Positions 1-10,788 of a stretch of 64,000 nucleotides of DNA are shown here, in pieces; positions within the stretch are counted from its first letter, which is position 1, and each line of letters starts with the position of its first letter. Position numbers and translations under genes: made by a program. Source of the stretch: Sphingobacteriia bacterium (GTDB lineage Bacteria > Bacteroidota > Bacteroidia > J057 > RFSG01); assembly GCA_009924095.1 (NCBI GenBank), contig RFSG01000001.1, forward strand, positions 14,823 to 78,822, given 5' to 3'. The notes under the pieces are model-generated. The model did not search any database, was not told where the DNA came from, and saw nothing but the letters and a program-made list of their open reading frames with translations.

Positions 1-822
1 TTGTTCAAAGGTTGGAGGAGATAATCTGGCTTGAGCAAATTTTAAGGCCGATTCCATCACCGCTCTATTTCTGGAAATCAAACACCCTATTCTTGCTCCA
101 CAGGCAGAATATCTTTTTGAAATAGAATCTAAAACAATTGTGTTTTCTTCTAATCCAGGTAAATGAAAAACTGAATGAAAGGAGGCTCCATCATAACAAA
201 ACTCTTTATACACTTCATCTGAAAAAAGATATAAGTTGTTTTTTAATACCAGATCTCTTAATCCTTCCAACTCTTGAAGAGTATATAATTTTCCGGTTGG
301 GTTTCCAGGGTTACAAATAAGGATGGCTTTTGTTTTCGGGGTAATTAAAGATTCAAATTCAGAAATGGAAGGCAAAGCAAAACCTGATTCAATTGTTGAG
401 GTAACCGGAACAACGGTAATTCCTGCCTCTACCGCAAATCCATTATAGTTTGCATAAAAAGGTTCTGGAATAATTACCTCGTCTCCCGGATTTAAACAAG
501 CCATAAAAGCAAAACGAAGCGCTTCAGACCCTCCCGTAGTAATCATAATATCCTCGAGCTTAAATTGAATATTAAACTTCTGATAATAGCCTAACAACTT
601 CTTTCTGTAAGATTCATTTCCTGCTGAATGACTATACTCTAAAACTTTAATTGACGTATTGCGAATCGCCTCTAAAAAGGATTCAGGCGTAGGGATATCG
701 GGTTGACCAATATTTAAATGATAAACTTTTGTTCCTTTTTTTCTGGCAGCCTCAGCATATGGTACCAGTTTTCGAATGGGAGAAGCAGGCATAGCCAAAC
801 CTCTAGTGGAAATTGACGGCAT
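1..822 (-). CDS. Class I/II PLP-dependent aminotransferase (aspartate/aromatic type); 3' end cut by window edge
   Basis: Not in the ORF track because it runs off the edge. My minus-strand translation from the ATG at 822..820 reads MPSISTRGLAMPASPIRKLVPYAEAARKKGTKVYHLNIGQPDIPTPESFLEAIRN..., and SKRYSACGARIG (PLP-lysine motif) appears later. Confidence 0.8.
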   Translation of the reverse strand, partial: MPSISTRGLAMPASPIRKLVPYAEAARKKGTKVYHLNIGQPDIPTPESFLEAIRNTSIKVLEYSHSAGNESYRKKLLGYYQKFNIQFKLEDIMITTGGSEALRFAFMACLNPGDEVIIPEPFYANYNGFAVEAGITVVPVTSTIESGFALPSISEFESLITPKTKAILICNPGNPTGKLYTLQELEGLRDLVLKNNLYLFSDEVYKEFCYDGASFHSVFHLPGLEENTIVLDSISKRYSACGARIGCLISRNRAVMESALKFAQARLSPPTFEQ

Positions 823-868
823 AAGTTCTAATAAAAATTAAAATTACTGAATACCCTAAACATTCTAG

Positions 869-1771
869 TTAATTCCATAAATCTCTAGCAATTCTAAAGG
901 TATTACAATGCGCATTTACAATGTCTTTTATTTCGGGAGAATATCCCCCTCCCATAGCAATTGCTAGGGGAATATTACTTTTGTGCGCTATGGATAAAAC
1001 ACAATAATCCCTTTCCAAACAGCCTTGTTTACTTAGCCCTAAACGTCCCAATTTATCAGTCGCTAATACATCCACTCCAGCAAGATAGGCTATAAAATCA
1101 GGTTTAATTCTATCTATGAGCGTTGGTAAGGTTGAGGAAAGAATTTTTAAATATTCAGCATCTTGAATTTGATCTGGAAGCGGAATATCTAAATCTGATA
1201 TTTCTTTTTTTAAAGGATAATTATTTTCTCCATGCATAGAAAAGGTGAAAACCTTGGAGTTGCCCTTAAATAGTGCTGCGGTTCCATTTCCCTGATGCAC
1301 ATCTAAGTCAATTATTAAACCTTGTTTAATTTTTTTTTCAGCAAGTAGAACATTAAATGCGCAGGCAAAATCATTTAATATGCAAAAGCCTTCCCCTGCA
1401 TGCGCATAAGCATGATGAGTGCCTCCTGCTACATTTAAAGCTACTCCAGATTCTATCGCAAATTGAAAACAATCCAGGGTACCTTGGTTTATGAATAACT
1501 CCCGCTCTACCAATTCAGGGCTTAACGGAAATCCATTTTTTCTTACTTCTTGTGGGGTTAAGTTTAAAGACTTTAAGCGATTCCAATACTCCTGGGTATG
1601 CGTCAGGAGAACGTGCTTCTCCTCCATCGCTTGGGGAGCAAAAAAATGTTCTGGCGTTAAAGTACCGTCATAGATAAGTTGTTCGGGTATAAGCGCATAT
1701 TTTTCCATGGGAAATCTATGCTGAGGGGGCAATGGAAGGATGTATTCTGGTCGCCAGGCAACTTTAATCAT
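869..1771 (-). CDS. Histone deacetylase-family (HDAC/AcuC-like) zinc deacetylase
   Basis: 300 aa. Motifs GGTHHAYAHAGEGFCILND, DLDVHQGNG and MGGGY. The ATG abuts the upstream stop (TAAATG). Confidence 0.85.
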   Translation of the reverse strand: MIKVAWRPEYILPLPPQHRFPMEKYALIPEQLIYDGTLTPEHFFAPQAMEEKHVLLTHTQEYWNRLKSLNLTPQEVRKNGFPLSPELVERELFINQGTLDCFQFAIESGVALNVAGGTHHAYAHAGEGFCILNDFACAFNVLLAEKKIKQGLIIDLDVHQGNGTAALFKGNSKVFTFSMHGENNYPLKKEISDLDIPLPDQIQDAEYLKILSSTLPTLIDRIKPDFIAYLAGVDVLATDKLGRLGLSKQGCLERDYCVLSIAHKSNIPLAIAMGGGYSPEIKDIVNAHCNTFRIARDLWN

Positions 1772-3664
1772 TTATATTTTTTTTCCAGTGATCGCGTTCT
1801 TAATTGCGGAATCCATTGCTTTCTCGGCAAAAGGTTGGCTAAACTGATTTAAGGTTTCGATTTTAGTTTGAAGTTCTGATGGGACTTTTTGTTCCATTGA
1901 TTGGTTCACGTCTTCTATTAACTTTTTCATTTCCTTCATTTCTGTTTCCTCAAACAATCCCTCATGTTGAGATAAAAACCGATTGGCATGCAATACCAGT
2001 TGTTTGGCTTCTTCCCGGAGTTCAATCCATTTTCGATCTTCCATATCCTGTTTTGCATAGGTAATCGAATCCATTAATTGTTTCTCTACCTCTTCATCAG
2101 ACAATCCTTTTTTAGGAACAATGCTAATTTCTTGATGAACCCCACTTCTTAACTCCGAGGCTTCCACTTTTAATATTCCATCTGCATCCAACAGAAACCG
2201 AATTTCCAATTTAGGAATACCTGCAGGCATGGCAGGAATTCCTCTTAATTCAAAAGAGCCTAAACTTCGATTGTCTTGGGTCAACTCTCTTTCTCCTTGA
2301 AAAATATTGATTTTAAAATTTACCTGACCATCTCTGGAAGTGGTGTATTGTCTGGCTATTCGGGAGGGTATTTTACTATTTCGAGGTATCAACACATCCA
2401 TAACCCCTCCAAGCGTTTCTATGCCAAGAGATAGAGGGGTTACATCCAATAACAATAAATCTTTTCTGTTTCCTGATAATATATCGGCCTGCACTGCTGC
2501 CCCAAGCGCAACTACTTCATCTGGGTTTAGTTTGTCAAAGGGCTCTAATTTAAAGAAGGAGGCAACTTCTTTTTTAACCAAGGGAAGACGAGTAGCACCT
2601 CCTACCAAAATAACTTTGTCTATGGCTGAAACCTGAAGCCCTGCATCAGCCAATGCATGCTCACAAGCCTGCAAGGTTCTATTCACGAGTGGTTGGGCTA
2701 GATTTTCAAGTTCAACTTTTGTAAGCGACACTCGGATAGGGAATTCCGGACTCAATTCGGCTAATTCAAAAGAAGCGGTGTTATCCAGTTCCTTTTTTGC
2801 ACGCTCAGCTGTAATTCTTAATAACTGACCCAATTCTTTATGCTCATGAATAGTGTTCATTGAAATGGTGTTTTGTGTTAACCAGTATTCAATGATTTTT
2901 TGGTCAATATCATCCCCTCCTAAAAAAGTATCTCCATGGGTAGATAATACTTCAAAAACACCCTCTTCTATTTTTAATAAAGTAATATCAAAGGTTCCTC
3001 CTCCAAAATCATAAACCGCTATGGTTTCTGTTCCACTGTTATGAACTCCTATTCCATAGGCTAATGCGGCGGCAGTGGGTTCATTCACAATACGTAAAAC
3101 CTCTAAACCCGCCAAGGCTCCTGCCGCTCGAGTAGCGTTTCTTTGCTCATCATTGAAATAAGCTGGAACCGTAATAACGGCTTGGCTTATGGGCGTTTTT
3201 AAACGATGTTCCGCACGATATTTAAGTTCTTTTAAGATTAAGGCAGATAATTCTATCGGGGTGAATTCTCGATCTTGAATAGAAAGGTTTGCTGTGTTGG
3301 ATTGTAAGTCCTCCTTCAAAGGATATCCTAAAAAATTTTGTAACTCCTTTACTTCTGAAAAAGATTTCCCAATTAATCGTTTGATAGAATAAACTGTATT
3401 GAGGGCATCCATTAATAGATAGGGTTTTGCCTCCTCTCCAACTAACCATTGACCTTCCGGAGTTAAGTATAAAACTGAAGGAACCACTGCTCCTTTACCA
3501 AAATCCGAAATGGTTTTGGGTGCCCCATCTTCCATATACGCTATCAAACTATTGGTAGTGCCTAAATCAATTCCAACAATAATATCTTCTGCTTTTAATT
3601 TTCCTCCACTGATGTCAATTGATACTTTAGCCATATTATTGATATTTTTACTTTTTGAATTCAT
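1772..3664 (-). CDS. hscA: Hsp70-family chaperone, HscA-like
   Basis: 630 aa with [17 protein letters not shown] and VGGATRLP motifs. It has an HscA-style N-terminal leader before the ATPase core. The start could instead be Met11 (3634). Confidence 0.8.
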   Translation of the reverse strand: MNSKSKNINNMAKVSIDISGGKLKAEDIIVGIDLGTTNSLIAYMEDGAPKTISDFGKGAVVPSVLYLTPEGQWLVGEEAKPYLLMDALNTVYSIKRLIGKSFSEVKELQNFLGYPLKEDLQSNTANLSIQDREFTPIELSALILKELKYRAEHRLKTPISQAVITVPAYFNDEQRNATRAAGALAGLEVLRIVNEPTAAALAYGIGVHNSGTETIAVYDFGGGTFDITLLKIEEGVFEVLSTHGDTFLGGDDIDQKIIEYWLTQNTISMNTIHEHKELGQLLRITAERAKKELDNTASFELAELSPEFPIRVSLTKVELENLAQPLVNRTLQACEHALADAGLQVSAIDKVILVGGATRLPLVKKEVASFFKLEPFDKLNPDEVVALGAAVQADILSGNRKDLLLLDVTPLSLGIETLGGVMDVLIPRNSKIPSRIARQYTTSRDGQVNFKINIFQGERELTQDNRSLGSFELRGIPAMPAGIPKLEIRFLLDADGILKVEASELRSGVHQEISIVPKKGLSDEEVEKQLMDSITYAKQDMEDRKWIELREEAKQLVLHANRFLSQHEGLFEETEMKEMKKLIEDVNQSMEQKVPSELQTKIETLNQFSQPFAEKAMDSAIKNAITGKKI

Positions 3665-6206
3665 GAAAAATTACAGGCAACAATCCTTTTTAGCCCAAAT
3701 TCTCAGGACAAAGTTATTAATTCTACCTCCTTCCCTAGGAGGGTTGGGATTAATTTTACTTCTCCTGATTGGAACTCCAGTCCTTAACGCTCAAATTATT
3801 GTAAAAGATTCCTCCCAGCGAAACGACATGGAAAATGATTTTCCTATGGATGAAGAAGTGGAATCGAGAAGTCTAAAAAGCAGAATTCTGCAACTTAAAA
3901 AAGCAGGCGTTTCAGATGAGGAGATAATCGACTTTTTTAGCCGCAGAAAAAAAGAACCAGACTTTGACGTTAAACTTTTTCTGGAAAGTAAAGGGAAATA
4001 CTCTAATAAAAAACAGGAAGAAGAGGATATCTTAAGTACCGATCTTGAAGAAGGGGATGAAGAATACTTTGATAGCACTGATCCCTATAGAAGAAGATAT
4101 TCCTCCAGGAAAAACAAGAATGAAGAAAAAGACCCTAAGCTAAAAGCAGAAGCAGATACCTTAGAAATGATGAGGAAGAAAAAAATTCTTTTACTAGAAA
4201 AAAAACGAATTGAAAAAGAAACTTTTTTAACTCGAAAAGACACCATCCTCGATAATATTTTTGGGCAAAAAATGTTTTCTCAAAAAACAGTAAACTTTGC
4301 TCCCGATGATAATATTGTTCCTCCTCAGGATTATCCCTTAGGGCCGGGTGATGAAATAATTGTTACGATTTGGGGTAATGCTGAATTTTATAATTCATAC
4401 GAATTAGATCGAGATGGTTCCATTTATCCTGAAGGCGTTGGAAGAATTAGCTTATTGGGTACTCCTTTAAAAAAGGCAAAAGAAATAATTAAAGAAAAAT
4501 TTGAAGGAATTATTGCGCAAGGCTCCTCCGTTGAAGTATCCATAGGAAAAGCACGAACCATACGGGTGAATGTTGTAGGAGAGGTGGTACAACCGGGGAG
4601 TTATAATTTATCGGCTTTACATAATGCATTTAATGCCCTTTATTTGGCAGGGGGCCCTAATGAAATTGGATCGCTCCGAACAATTTATTTAAAACGGGAT
4701 GGTAAAACGATTGATTCCATGGATGTATATGGATATTTAATTGATGGAGACTTGCCTAATCAAATGTTTTTAAGAAATAATGATTTTATTATTGTTCCTA
4801 CTCAAAAAAAGGTGGTCTCTTTGGCAGGTGCTGTAAAAAGAGAAACCCAATATGAATTGCGATGGTCAGAACAATTACAAGCTTTATTAAAATATTCTGG
4901 AGGCGCCAAACCTGATGCCTCTTTACATAATGTTCAAATTCGTAGATATAGCGATAATGAAGTAAAAGTAATGACGGTAAATCTCGAGGAGCTTAATAAA
5001 AAAGGATTGGATTATGAATTAAGAGATGGAGATAGCATTACATTCATGCGAATACGGGATACCTTAAAAAATTCAGTAGAAGCCATGGGAGAAATAGCCT
5101 ATCCAGGAATTTATCAAATTAAAAAGGGAGATCGAGTTTCAGATTTATTGGAAAAAGCGGGCGGACTTACTAAAGAAGCTTATAATAAAAGAATTTATGT
5201 TCTTAGGATAAATGATTTATTAGAAATAGATTATATTCCGGTTGATTATTCTTCAATTCTTAAAGAAGGATATAATTCTTCCTCCAATATTGCTTTACAA
5301 CAATTTGATGCCTTAAAAGTTTTCTACACGGAAGATTTTAAAGACACGAAATATATAACCGTTAAAGGGGAAGTAAGAAAATCCGGGGCATATATTTATA
5401 CTGGTAGAAGAAGTTTAAAAGATATCATTTATTTGGCAGGAGGACCTACTGATGGTGCTGATTTAAATCATGTTGAATTATCTCGGGTAATTACCGAAGG
5501 GGAAGGAAAGAAAACAAAAACAGATGTGCTTATTCTTAAAATTAGTAATGATTGGGAAAATGATGCTTCCTTAGATTCATTTATGCTTAAACCCTATGAC
5601 CAATTGTTTTTTAGACAAAACCCAAGCTTTGAATTACAAGAGAATGTGTACATATCTGGAGAAGTGAAATATCCAGGGGAATATTCCAAAACGAATAAAG
5701 GGGAACGAATTTCTTCTCTTGTCAAGCGAGCTGGAGGACTAACTTTTGATGCTTATGTATCTGGTGCAATTATCATCCGTAAAAAAGAAGAAGTTGTAAT
5801 TGATTTAACCCGAGCTTTAGAAAACCCGGGTTCTGCATTTGATAATATCTTAAAAAAAGGAGATAGACTAATTATCCCTGAAGTGAATGATATTGTTCGT
5901 GTGGAAGGTGCGGTTTTATATCCGGTTAATGTGAGCTTTGATCCTGACCGATCAAGCTTCCAACATTATTTAAATTCTGCAGGGGGATTTAGAGATCGAG
6001 CGATGAAAAGAAAAAGTTTTGTAAAATACGCAAATGGGAAAATTAAAAGAACAAAAACTTATTTTTTCTTACGGTCCTATCCTTTAATTGAAAAAGGAGC
6101 TACCATTATTGCTGCGAGAACTGAAAGTGGTATAAATGCACAACAATTAGTGGGAATAATATCGAGTTTGGTTACCATATTTGTTTTATTAAATCAAGTT
6201 AAATAA
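3663..6206 (+). CDS. Large polysaccharide export protein (Wza-like Poly_export domain plus multiple SLBB repeats)
   Basis: The track ORF begins at 3510, but 3510-3662 is antisense to hscA. The ATG at 3663 gives MKNYRQQSF... with a signal/TM segment, a [16 protein letters not shown] export motif, repeated G-V--PG-Y SLBB-like units, and a C-terminal TM segment. Confidence 0.8.
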   Translation: MKNYRQQSFLAQILRTKLLILPPSLGGLGLILLLLIGTPVLNAQIIVKDSSQRNDMENDFPMDEEVESRSLKSRILQLKKAGVSDEEIIDFFSRRKKEPDFDVKLFLESKGKYSNKKQEEEDILSTDLEEGDEEYFDSTDPYRRRYSSRKNKNEEKDPKLKAEADTLEMMRKKKILLLEKKRIEKETFLTRKDTILDNIFGQKMFSQKTVNFAPDDNIVPPQDYPLGPGDEIIVTIWGNAEFYNSYELDRDGSIYPEGVGRISLLGTPLKKAKEIIKEKFEGIIAQGSSVEVSIGKARTIRVNVVGEVVQPGSYNLSALHNAFNALYLAGGPNEIGSLRTIYLKRDGKTIDSMDVYGYLIDGDLPNQMFLRNNDFIIVPTQKKVVSLAGAVKRETQYELRWSEQLQALLKYSGGAKPDASLHNVQIRRYSDNEVKVMTVNLEELNKKGLDYELRDGDSITFMRIRDTLKNSVEAMGEIAYPGIYQIKKGDRVSDLLEKAGGLTKEAYNKRIYVLRINDLLEIDYIPVDYSSILKEGYNSSSNIALQQFDALKVFYTEDFKDTKYITVKGEVRKSGAYIYTGRRSLKDIIYLAGGPTDGADLNHVELSRVITEGEGKKTKTDVLILKISNDWENDASLDSFMLKPYDQLFFRQNPSFELQENVYISGEVKYPGEYSKTNKGERISSLVKRAGGLTFDAYVSGAIIIRKKEEVVIDLTRALENPGSAFDNILKKGDRLIIPEVNDIVRVEGAVLYPVNVSFDPDRSSFQHYLNSAGGFRDRAMKRKSFVKYANGKIKRTKTYFFLRSYPLIEKGATIIAARTESGINAQQLVGIISSLVTIFVLLNQVK

Positions 6207-6224
6207 CCCTTACTTTTTGCCCCT

Positions 6225-7166
6225 ATGCAAATTATCCGAAACCTTCTTGGATTTATGCCCATGAAAGGATGGTTAATTTGTAGCGCATTAAGTTTATTGG
6301 TGGGCGTGTGGCAAGCCTTAATTCCCCCAGTATATCAAGTTAATGTGGTTATTTTTCCTGAACAGGAAGCTAACGCTGCAGCACCTTTAAATAATTTATT
6401 GGGAATTGTAAATCCCACAGCAAGCTCAGGAACAGGAACCTTAAAAGCTATTTTAGGAAGTGCTGCACTTAGAAACCAATTATTAAAAGATTCAATTAAT
6501 ATTAATGATAAATCCCAAACTATTAATGATTGGTTAAAAGAAGATTATTTAGAACGAAATTTAATCCTTTCCATTCTACAACCCCCTCCTGCTTCAGGAG
6601 AATCATTGCGAACATTTGGTCATAGATATTTAAACAGAAATTTAATTGTATTTGTGGATGAAGAAGGATTTATTTCAGTTAAATATAAATCGGCAAATCA
6701 AAACCTAACCCTTGCCCTTTCTAATCAATTATTAATTGTTACTAAAAAATTGCATCAACATCGGCAATGGTTAAGGAACCAACAACAATTAGAATATTTA
6801 AATTTTAGAGCCGATTCATTATATAAAGAATTATTATCTGTATCGAAAACTGTTGCAGAATGGGGCGACAAACAAAGGTTTACAGCTAAGTATGGCGTAG
6901 AAGTAAATCTTAAACAATTGTTACAACAACAAGCAGTGTTAGAACAACTTTATACTGCTGTTGCAGTAATGAAAGAAGAAGCCACCCAAAAAGTCCGTCA
7001 AGAAGCTCCATTATTTCAAATACTTGATCCTCCTGCTCCCCCTTTTGAAGTAATTACCTCCCATCCCATTCTCTTTGCTATCCTAACTTTTTTATTGGTT
7101 TGCCTTACCCTCTGGGTATGGAACCAAAGATCCCGTTGGCTTTCCCTATTTAAGGAATTATTGTAA
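6225..7166 (+). CDS. Polysaccharide co-polymerase (Wzz/chain-length-determinant-like), no kinase domain
   Basis: 313 aa with an N-terminal TM, a coiled central region, and a proline-rich PPAPP motif immediately before the C-terminal TM (PCP topology). It lies directly downstream of the exporter. Confidence 0.5.
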   Translation: MQIIRNLLGFMPMKGWLICSALSLLVGVWQALIPPVYQVNVVIFPEQEANAAAPLNNLLGIVNPTASSGTGTLKAILGSAALRNQLLKDSININDKSQTINDWLKEDYLERNLILSILQPPPASGESLRTFGHRYLNRNLIVFVDEEGFISVKYKSANQNLTLALSNQLLIVTKKLHQHRQWLRNQQQLEYLNFRADSLYKELLSVSKTVAEWGDKQRFTAKYGVEVNLKQLLQQQAVLEQLYTAVAVMKEEATQKVRQEAPLFQILDPPAPPFEVITSHPILFAILTFLLVCLTLWVWNQRSRWLSLFKELL

Positions 7167-7218
7167 TTCTTTAATTAATCTGAACGATTAATACGGGTTT
7201 TAGGGTTTGTTACTAACA

Positions 7219-8712
7219 ATGTATGATCTGATTGTTATTGGTTCGGGAATCGGTGGACTAACCGCTGCTGCTTGGATTGCCCGACATCAAAAAAAGGTTT
7301 TAGTGTTAGAAGCAAATCATTTGCCTGGAGGTTGTTGTTCATCCTATCCTCGTAAAGGTTATGTATTTGAGGCTGGGGCAACAACTTTAATCGGATTTGA
7401 TGAATATCAACCCCTATATCTTTTACAAAAAGTAATCGGATTTTCTTTAGTTAAAAATGAATTAAATCCCAGTATGACGGTTTGGCTAGATGGAAAATCC
7501 ATTACCCGCACAAAGTCATTTGAAGAATGGTTAGAAATATCAGCTCAACAATTTGGAGACGAAGAAGGAATTAAAAAATTCTGGAGGCTCGCTTGGAAAT
7601 TATCCAATATTGTATGGAAAATATCTGGCTCTAACCTACGCTTTCCACCTACTTGTTTTCGCGACTTACTTTATCTGGCATTGCAAAATAATCCCCGCGA
7701 TGCGTTTTTATTGAAATATGCCTTCTTAAGTACTAAAACTATCTTGAAAAGATTTGGTTTAGAAAATCATTCTGAATTTTTACGATTTATTGATGAACAA
7801 TTAATTATTACCGCACAAAATACTGCTGAAAATACCCCATTTTTATTCGCAGCTCCTGCTTTATGTTACACGCATTATAGCAATTATTACTTGCCTGGTG
7901 GAATGATTACCTTGCCCAAAGCTTTAATACGAGAATACCGATTACAAGGAGGGGAAATTAAAATGAAAAGAAAGGTAGTATCTATTAAATTAAACAATAA
8001 AAATATTTATCAAGTAATTGATCATAAAGGACAATCTTATGAATCCCACAATATTCTTTCTAATATTCCGATTTGGAATCTTCCAGAAATAACAGAAGGC
8101 AAAATAAATAAATGGACAAAAACACAAGCCGATAAACAGCGTAATTATTGGGGTGCATTTACATTAGGAATTGTAATGCAAGATGAATTACCCGATAATC
8201 TCACTTTACATCATCAATTTATTTTACCCGTAAATCAACATATTCCGATTTGTAATTCAACCAGTGTTTTTGTTTCTATTTCTGCGAAAGGGGATACAAT
8301 CCGTTGCCCGGTAGGAGAAAGAGTTCTTTCAATTTCTACACATGCTGAAAATCCTGAAAAATGGTTTCGAAAAAAAGAATCTTATTTTCAAGAAAAAAAT
8401 TTAGTAGAAAACTATATTATTCAACTTCTCGAAGAACGATTGCCCGGATTTAAAAAAGATTTAATTCTTTTCATTCAATCTGCAACTCCAGTTACTTGGG
8501 AAAATTGGACTTATCGAAAATGGGGAACGGTAGGGGGAATTCCTCAATCTTTGAAAGCTCCAGTGTTTTTAATGAAAGGTTCTTTAACTCCTTTTCCAGG
8601 TTTCTTTCGATGTGGAGATACTGTATATCCCGGACAAGGAATTCCTGGCGTTGCCTTAGGGGGCATTATTGCTGCCGAACGCATTTTAACCCGAATGAAA
8701 ATAAAAAAATAA
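7219..8712 (+). CDS. FAD/NAD(P)-dependent oxidoreductase, phytoene-desaturase (CrtI/CrtD-like) family
   Basis: MYDLIVIGSGIGGLTAAAWIA...LEANHLPGG dinucleotide-binding fold and a GDTVYPGQGIPG C-terminal motif. The ATG at 7219 is preferred over the TTG at 7207. Confidence 0.75.
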   Translation: MYDLIVIGSGIGGLTAAAWIARHQKKVLVLEANHLPGGCCSSYPRKGYVFEAGATTLIGFDEYQPLYLLQKVIGFSLVKNELNPSMTVWLDGKSITRTKSFEEWLEISAQQFGDEEGIKKFWRLAWKLSNIVWKISGSNLRFPPTCFRDLLYLALQNNPRDAFLLKYAFLSTKTILKRFGLENHSEFLRFIDEQLIITAQNTAENTPFLFAAPALCYTHYSNYYLPGGMITLPKALIREYRLQGGEIKMKRKVVSIKLNNKNIYQVIDHKGQSYESHNILSNIPIWNLPEITEGKINKWTKTQADKQRNYWGAFTLGIVMQDELPDNLTLHHQFILPVNQHIPICNSTSVFVSISAKGDTIRCPVGERVLSISTHAENPEKWFRKKESYFQEKNLVENYIIQLLEERLPGFKKDLILFIQSATPVTWENWTYRKWGTVGGIPQSLKAPVFLMKGSLTPFPGFFRCGDTVYPGQGIPGVALGGIIAAERILTRMKIKK

Positions 8713-8805
8713 ACCAGAAGGATGATTTTGATTTTATCCTAAATACTGAAGTAGTTTATTTAATTATCGGGCAAAAGTTGAAATCAAAACAATTTTTTCT
8801 TGTTG

Positions 8806-8813
8806 TACATTTG
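8806..8813 (+). promoter_or_regulatory. Bacteroidota -7 promoter box (TACATTTG = TAnnTTTG)
   Basis: Exact consensus match 4 nt upstream of the ATG at 8818. Confidence 0.3.
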
Positions 8814-8817
8814 GGGT

Positions 8818-9024
8818 ATGAAAACCCATTGGCCATTTGCCTTATTGCTATTCTTTGGTATTGCGTGTTTGGCGATTGAAGGATGTAAAAGCCGGCAAAA
8901 AAAAGCTAAAAAAGCAACAACCGAAACGGTAATCCAACAAGCGGACGATATCACCCGGATGTTAGATTCTCTGGATGCGGTTGATTTTGATTCGAGTGAA
9001 ATTTCTGAAGATTCTATAAAATAA
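8818..9024 (+). CDS. Small putative lipoprotein
   Basis: MKTHWPFALLLFFGIACLAIEGCKSRQ... is a signal peptide with a lipobox-like Cys. No recognisable domain. Confidence 0.4.
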   Translation: MKTHWPFALLLFFGIACLAIEGCKSRQKKAKKATTETVIQQADDITRMLDSLDAVDFDSSEISEDSIK

Positions 9025-9034
9025 CCTTTACTAA

Positions 9035-10534
9035 ATGTCAGGTAAAAAAATTAAAAAATTGCTGGTAGCAAATCGGGGTGAAATTGCCCTGAGAATTCTA
9101 AGAACCGCCAAAGAAATGGGCATAAAAACCGTTGCGGTTTTTTCAGCAGCAGATCGTCATTCTCCCCATGTTCAATATGCTGATGAGTCCATTTATATTG
9201 GGTTAGCCCCTTCTTCCGAATCCTATTTAAATGGAGATAATATTATTCAAGTAGCCCTTGATCGAGGAGCGGATGCAATACATCCTGGATATGGATTTTT
9301 ATCTGAGAATGCCGGATTTGCCAGAAAAGTAAAGGCAGCTGGCTTAGTATTAATTGGCCCCTCTCCAGAAGCTATGGAAACGATGGGTTCTAAAATTGCA
9401 GCCAAACAAGCGGTAAAAGCGTATGATGTGCCGATGGTTCCTGGAACCGATGAAGCCATCGGTGATGTTGAAATAGCCGAAAAAATTGCTTTGCAAATCG
9501 GATACCCCATCTTAATTAAAGCATCTGCTGGTGGGGGGGGCAAAGGAATGCGAGTGGTAAATGCCCCCAATGAATTTATTGAACAAATGAATCGGGCAAC
9601 ATCTGAAGCTTTAAATGCTTTTGGAGATGGATCTGTTTTTATTGAAAAATTTGTGGGCTCTCCTCGACATGTTGAAATTCAAGTGTTAGGAGATCATTTT
9701 GGAAATTATCTGTATTTATTTGAACGGGAATGTTCGATTCAAAGAAGACATCAAAAGGTAATTGAAGAAGCACCCTCTTCGGTGTTGACCCCTGAACTTC
9801 GTAAAAAAATGGGCGAAGCTGCGGTCAATGTTTGCAGAGCCTGCGGTTATTATAATGCAGGAACCGTAGAATTTCTGGTAGATGAAAACGCCAACTTTTA
9901 TTTCCTAGAAATGAATACCCGATTACAAGTAGAACATCCGGTTACAGAAATGATTACGGGATTAGATTTAGTTCGGGAACAAATTCGGATTGCCGAAGGG
10001 GAACCTTTAACTATTTCTCAAGAGAGCCTTCATATCCACGGACATGCCATTGAAGTTCGGGTATATGCAGAAGATCCTGCCAATCAATTTTTGCCCGATA
10101 TCGGCACTTTGTCCGTATATGAGCGACCCATGGGCCCAGGCGTTAGAGTAGATGATGGCTTCGAAGAAGGAATGGAAATACCGATTTATTACGACCCGAT
10201 GATTGCTAAACTGATTGTGCATGCCCGCACACGTCAGGAAGCTATTGAAAGATTGATTCGAGCCATTGATGAATATAAAATCAAAGGAGTGAAAACTACT
10301 TTGCCTTTTTGCAGATATGTTCTGTTACACGAAGCCTTTGTTTCCGGTAAATTCGACACAAATTTTATTCATAAATATTTCACCCCAGAGGTATTAGATG
10401 CCTCTGCCACTGAAAAAGAAAAAATTGCCGCTGCCTGGATAACCGCAAAACTTTCCGAAGTATCTAATTCTAAAACAACCGCAGTAACCACTCAATCTCA
10501 TGAAGATTCGGCATGGAGACTCAGAGGTAGATAA
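9035..10534 (+). CDS. accC: Biotin carboxylase (acetyl/propionyl-CoA carboxylase ATP-grasp subunit; no fused BCCP)
   Basis: 499 aa. KKLLVANRGEIALRI, ATP-grasp Gly loop KASAGGGGKGMR, EMNTRLQVEHPVTE. Confidence 0.9.
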   Translation: MSGKKIKKLLVANRGEIALRILRTAKEMGIKTVAVFSAADRHSPHVQYADESIYIGLAPSSESYLNGDNIIQVALDRGADAIHPGYGFLSENAGFARKVKAAGLVLIGPSPEAMETMGSKIAAKQAVKAYDVPMVPGTDEAIGDVEIAEKIALQIGYPILIKASAGGGGKGMRVVNAPNEFIEQMNRATSEALNAFGDGSVFIEKFVGSPRHVEIQVLGDHFGNYLYLFERECSIQRRHQKVIEEAPSSVLTPELRKKMGEAAVNVCRACGYYNAGTVEFLVDENANFYFLEMNTRLQVEHPVTEMITGLDLVREQIRIAEGEPLTISQESLHIHGHAIEVRVYAEDPANQFLPDIGTLSVYERPMGPGVRVDDGFEEGMEIPIYYDPMIAKLIVHARTRQEAIERLIRAIDEYKIKGVKTTLPFCRYVLLHEAFVSGKFDTNFIHKYFTPEVLDASATEKEKIAAAWITAKLSEVSNSKTTAVTTQSHEDSAWRLRGR

Positions 10535-10788
10535 TTAATTTTAGGATGTTTCTAAATCCTCGATAAAGATTTATGAATAATCATTTAGCAGATTGTTGAA
10601 CTTACCGAAAATATAATTGTAAAATTTATTCTGCTGAGTATAAAATACCTTCGCTGTGTGCTCGTCTTACTAAAAAACTCTTAACCAGAATTATTCAATC
10701 CCCATTCTTTGTTTTATCTTTCGAATTCAATTCCGAAAAGAGCCTCAATCCCTAACGAATAATTGAAACTTCTCCCGTAAATTGCAGT

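Noticed and set aside
3510-3662. N-terminal extensions in the ORF track (3510 for the exporter, 25821 for typA, 50140 and 49974 for the divergent pair, 60574 for aroE, 44325 for the M28 peptidase, 41137 for porV).
   Set aside because: The extensions overlap neighbouring genes, a terminator (60584-60616) or -7 promoter boxes, and they precede obvious signal peptides or conserved N-termini. Internal ATG starts fit better.
9533-9540. A G8 homopolymer inside the biotin carboxylase gene, considered as a possible phase-variation tract.
   Set aside because: It encodes the conserved ATP-grasp glycine loop (AGGGGKG) in frame. The sequence is constrained by protein function, not a contingency locus.
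10535-10788. The 254-bp leader upstream of ilvE, considered as a possible riboswitch, attenuator or sRNA.
   Set aside because: Only a weak 5-bp hairpin (AGGAT...ATCCT at about 10544-10561) is present. There is no leader peptide rich in branched-chain codons, no terminator/antiterminator pair that I can fold, and no known motif.
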